From Polyangiales bacterium (GTDB taxonomy: Bacteria; Myxococcota_A; Polyangia; Polyangiales; Polyangiaceae), in the NCBI GenBank assembly GCA_038230375.1, contig JBBRNJ010000015.1:32001-96000 (forward strand): 64,000 bases of DNA, given 5' to 3'. A program made the position numbers and the translations under genes. The notes below the pieces were generated by a model. That model worked only from the letters and a program-made list of their open reading frames with translations, was not told the origin of the DNA and searched no databases. Below, piece by piece: positions 63,768 to 64,000 of this stretch (position 1 is its first letter; the number at the start of each line of letters is the position of its first letter).

Positions 63768-64000
63768 ATGATGTCGGACGTCCGCTACCTGCTCCGTCAG
63801 CCGTCCACCCCCTGGATCGTGTTCGACCGCAAATCGACGCCGGGAGACACCTCGACCCCGACCTCGACCCCGACCTCGACCCCGACCTCGACCTCGACCC
63901 CGACCCCGACCTCGACCCCGACCCCGACCCTCACCCCCACCTCCTTCGTTCCCTTCGAGATCGAAGCTCCGTTCGAGCTGGCTCCGCCGCGCGCGGCCTT
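63768..64000 (+). CDS. Hypothetical protein, N-terminus only (runs off window)
   Basis: Open frame MMSDVRYLLRQPSTPWIVFDRK-(Thr/Ser/Pro tract)-SFVPFEIEAPFELAPP with GC3-biased codons. Confidence 0.5.
   Translation, partial: MMSDVRYLLRQPSTPWIVFDRKSTPGDTSTPTSTPTSTPTSTSTPTPTSTPTPTLTPTSFVPFEIEAPFELAPPRAA
63851..63940 (+). repeat. Hexamer array (CYCGAC)n read in-frame as TS/TP
   Basis: Mixed CTCGAC/CCCGAC units decaying at the 3' end. Confidence 0.92.

Overview
High-GC (roughly 69% by eye) bacterial DNA that reads like a myxobacterium of the Polyangiaceae/Labilithrix type. The signs are five eukaryotic-like Ser/Thr kinases (two with the HRDVSPQN loop), an MXAN_5187-family gene, many Cys-rich lipoproteins and an FHA protein. 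About 53 densely packed CDSs, mostly on the minus strand; no rRNA, tRNA, CRISPR array or transposase seen. Recognisable genes: beta-oxidation fadN/fadA, an alkyl-DHAP-synthase-like oxidoreductase next to an acyltransferase, lemA/TPM, an AurF-like diiron protein plus reductase, an ACE-like M2 peptidase, an OmpA/DUF4398 pair, lexA, trxB, a FadL-like porin, GST, an ECF sigma and ruvB. Less ordinary signals: (1) four dispersed (CTCGAC)n-type hexamer arrays, always oriented with the adjacent or host gene, either intergenic or in-frame as Thr/Ser tracts; (2) an unannotated 26-aa hydrophobic ORF with a strong SD, flanked by hairpins; (3) a TANNNT hexamer 8-10 nt before at least 14 SD-less start codons, suggesting widespread leaderless-type expression; (4) two histidine-kinase-like proteins that keep the phospho-His but lack a working ATP domain; (5) a three-hairpin leader that hides an SD. 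All product calls come from motifs read by eye; no searches were run.
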